From Octopus vulgaris (Eukaryota), in assembly GCA_951406725.2 (NCBI GenBank), contig OX597817.1, positions 155,434,001 to 155,498,000 on the forward strand: 64,000 bases of DNA. Reading direction: 5' to 3'. A program made the position numbers and the translations under genes. How positions within the stretch are numbered: the first letter of the stretch is position 1; each line of letters begins with the position of its first letter. This document shows positions 61,800 through 64,000 of the stretch, one piece after another. The notes beneath the pieces are model-generated. The model saw nothing but the letters and a program-made list of their open reading frames with translations, searched no databases and was not told the origin of the DNA.

Positions 61800-62673
61800 T
61801 CACATATTACTTGGATTGTCAGTCTTTGGGTCTGTTGACTTACTAATTACTGTTTCAAAAGCCTCTGTCTGAGAAGGGTGAGTTTTGGGGTGGTGCTCTT
61901 TAGAAGATTGCAACATGTCTTTCTTTGACATTGGTTCTGAATAACTAGTTTTAGTAGGAGCTGTGGCTCCTTGTGAGACAAGATTTGTTGTTGGATACTG
62001 CCAACCCTGTAACAATGATGGCTGGCGGAGAAATGGAACTCTATTTAATACTGGCTGGCCATACTGTGCCTGGTTTTGTTCATCAGTCATTTGATAAGAG
62101 TGACTCTGATCTCTCTGTTGCTGATAGTCAGAAACCCTGTGCCCAGAAGTTGAATGATGTACTGGAGGACCAGATCCCATATGTTCTGATGGCAATTCAG
62201 AAAAATAGTCTCCTTGTGAAGATTTAGAACTTACATCACCTTTATGATGTAAAGACTGCTGTCCCTTTGAGGATGCTTCCCACTGAGAAGGGGTGGGATC
62301 CATATCAGAATGTGATTGAACAGGGGACCTGAAAGTAGAATATGGTGAGATGGACCTATAAGGTCCTTGCACATCAGGTGAAAGATTCCTAGATTGTTTT
62401 GTAAAGTTTTCCATACATTTCAAGATACCAGCTGAAAACAGCTCCTCACTCTTTGGTACATTCACAGCCATTTGAGGAATACTACTACTTCCAACTGGTA
62501 AAGGTGATACTAAAGAGCCTGGGACAGATTGCAAAGTAACTGGAATTGGGCTCAACATTGGTCCATTATTCACATGTTTAATAAAATCTTCAACATGGAT
62601 TCCATGTTTACGTAGGAAAAGTTCAATCTCATTTTTATGCCTTAATTGCATTTCAGCTAATTCTGTTTTTTGC
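61800..62673 (-). CDS. Large, probably terminal, coding exon of a second gene; tentatively the C-terminus of a WNK-family kinase (coiled coil plus S/P/Q-rich tail)
   Basis: Acceptor aatttcag|G at 62673; about 290 open codons to TGA at 61800. RQKTELAEMQLRHKNEIELFLRKHG resembles the WNK C-terminal coiled coil. The rest is low complexity, so the family call is uncertain. Confidence 0.6.
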
Positions 62674-64000
62674 CTGAAATTATAAAAATATTCTATAATT
62701 AATAATTTACGCAAACAATTAATTTCTTTTACACAGTAATCTGTATTGCAACAGAAATCTGCAGTCAGTCAGTCAAGAAATATTAATGATACATGTGAAA
62801 AATAAATTTTTCAAAAGAAAGCTAGTCCCCCCAAAAAAAAAAAAAAAATGCATATTAAAGAATCAAGTAATGATTTTTATTTGGTTTTCAAAATTTCAAA
62901 ACAAACATTTTCATCATTATTCCATTTTTCCACAACTGAAAAAAGACATTTCCTTACATCTGATCTTAATAACTTTTTGCCCTAAATATTACCATCTTCA
63001 GACAGCTTCTTGTCTGATAGAATTCTTCATAGCTCTTTTAGATTTGGTATTGTGAGATGTTAAAATTTCAGTTCACATTTTGCAATATTTATCATTAATG
63101 GAATTAAACAACTTTTTCCTATGAAAGTAAAAACTAATGATTTTTAAAAAGAGTTAGTTATAGCTACTAGTATCCTAAATGAGGAGTTCTAACAGTGACA
63201 AATGGTTAAATGCTTGTAAAGGCTAAATATTTGTAATAGTTAAAAATCAAACACAAAATACTACTGGGACTTATTTTAGATCTCAGATGGATGAAAAGTA
63301 AAAACCAACCCTAGAGAATTCAATTTAAAGAGATGAAACTAAATACCTCAAACATTTCAGCCAATCCACTTAAGTAATAATGACAATATAAAGATTTAAT
63401 AGATATATATTTAAAAAAAAATATTTTCATTATGATTTCCAGTTATGGTGGAATAATATTTTCTGACTCTTACCAAGAAGGAATATATATTCCACAAGCA
63501 TTTTGAAAATGTAAGCTTAACACCAGAAAAATAAACAAAAAGTTAATACATTAGCATTTAGTCCTGAGTATTATGAAGAAAATACATATAAACTAATGAG
63601 GGGTATGAAATTTAAACAATTTATTCAAGAATAATATCAAACCTGATAATATTTGTTTTATGCTTTTAATATACTGGTAAACAAAACAAACTTGTGAAAC
63701 TCATATAAAAGTACGAGAAATACTAATATATTAGAATAACAACACACATTAATGAGGTGATTTTTTTGAGCTTAGTATAATAATATTAAATATGACTGAG
63801 TTGAAATTAAGACAATGGGTAGCGAAATTTTATAATCAAAGGGTGTAAAGCTAATATGAAGTTACAACTACGAACTTCAAAAGGCAATCTTTTTAAAATA
63901 TGTACTGAGTGAACTGAAATTTTAATTTATTTTCATTTTTAAAACTTTATTTGTAAATGAAATAATTTCACTTGAATAATAATAATAATAATAATAATAA

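Noticed and set aside
61973-62227. Plus-strand 84-aa ORF
   Set aside because: Antisense to the long minus-strand exon; no independent support.

Overview
Eukaryotic, AT-rich, repeat-saturated genomic DNA. The SINE/RTE repertoire and microsatellite load look like an octopus (coleoid cephalopod) genome; that assignment is an inference. The left 27.6 kb holds coding exons 1-11 of the autophagy E1-like enzyme ATG7 on the minus strand. I reconstructed these by hand: all have GT-AG junctions with compatible phases, and the gene runs off the left edge. The right end holds a large, probably terminal, exon of a second minus-strand gene (tentatively a WNK kinase), followed by a transposon-poor, 3'UTR-like stretch. 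The rest is nested mobile DNA: three tRNA-derived SINE families, a young 5'-truncated RTE LINE with an intact RT ORF and an inserted PHD-like finger, older RTE, Gypsy, hAT, mariner and Tc1/pogo remnants, Helitrons and TTAA (piggyBac-type) MITEs. Most short ORFs in the supplied track are repeat or microsatellite artefacts. Three signals stand out. (1) Several unrelated Penelope-like fold-back elements carry minimal hammerhead ribozyme motifs: one canonical intact core, one in ATG7-sense orientation, and a family with a G3-C8 swapped core. (2) A duplicated piece of ATG7 exon 1, with its splice donor, lies inside a broken hAT transposon and is in frame with an upstream ATG. (3) A mosaic inverted duplication brackets ATG7 exon 3.
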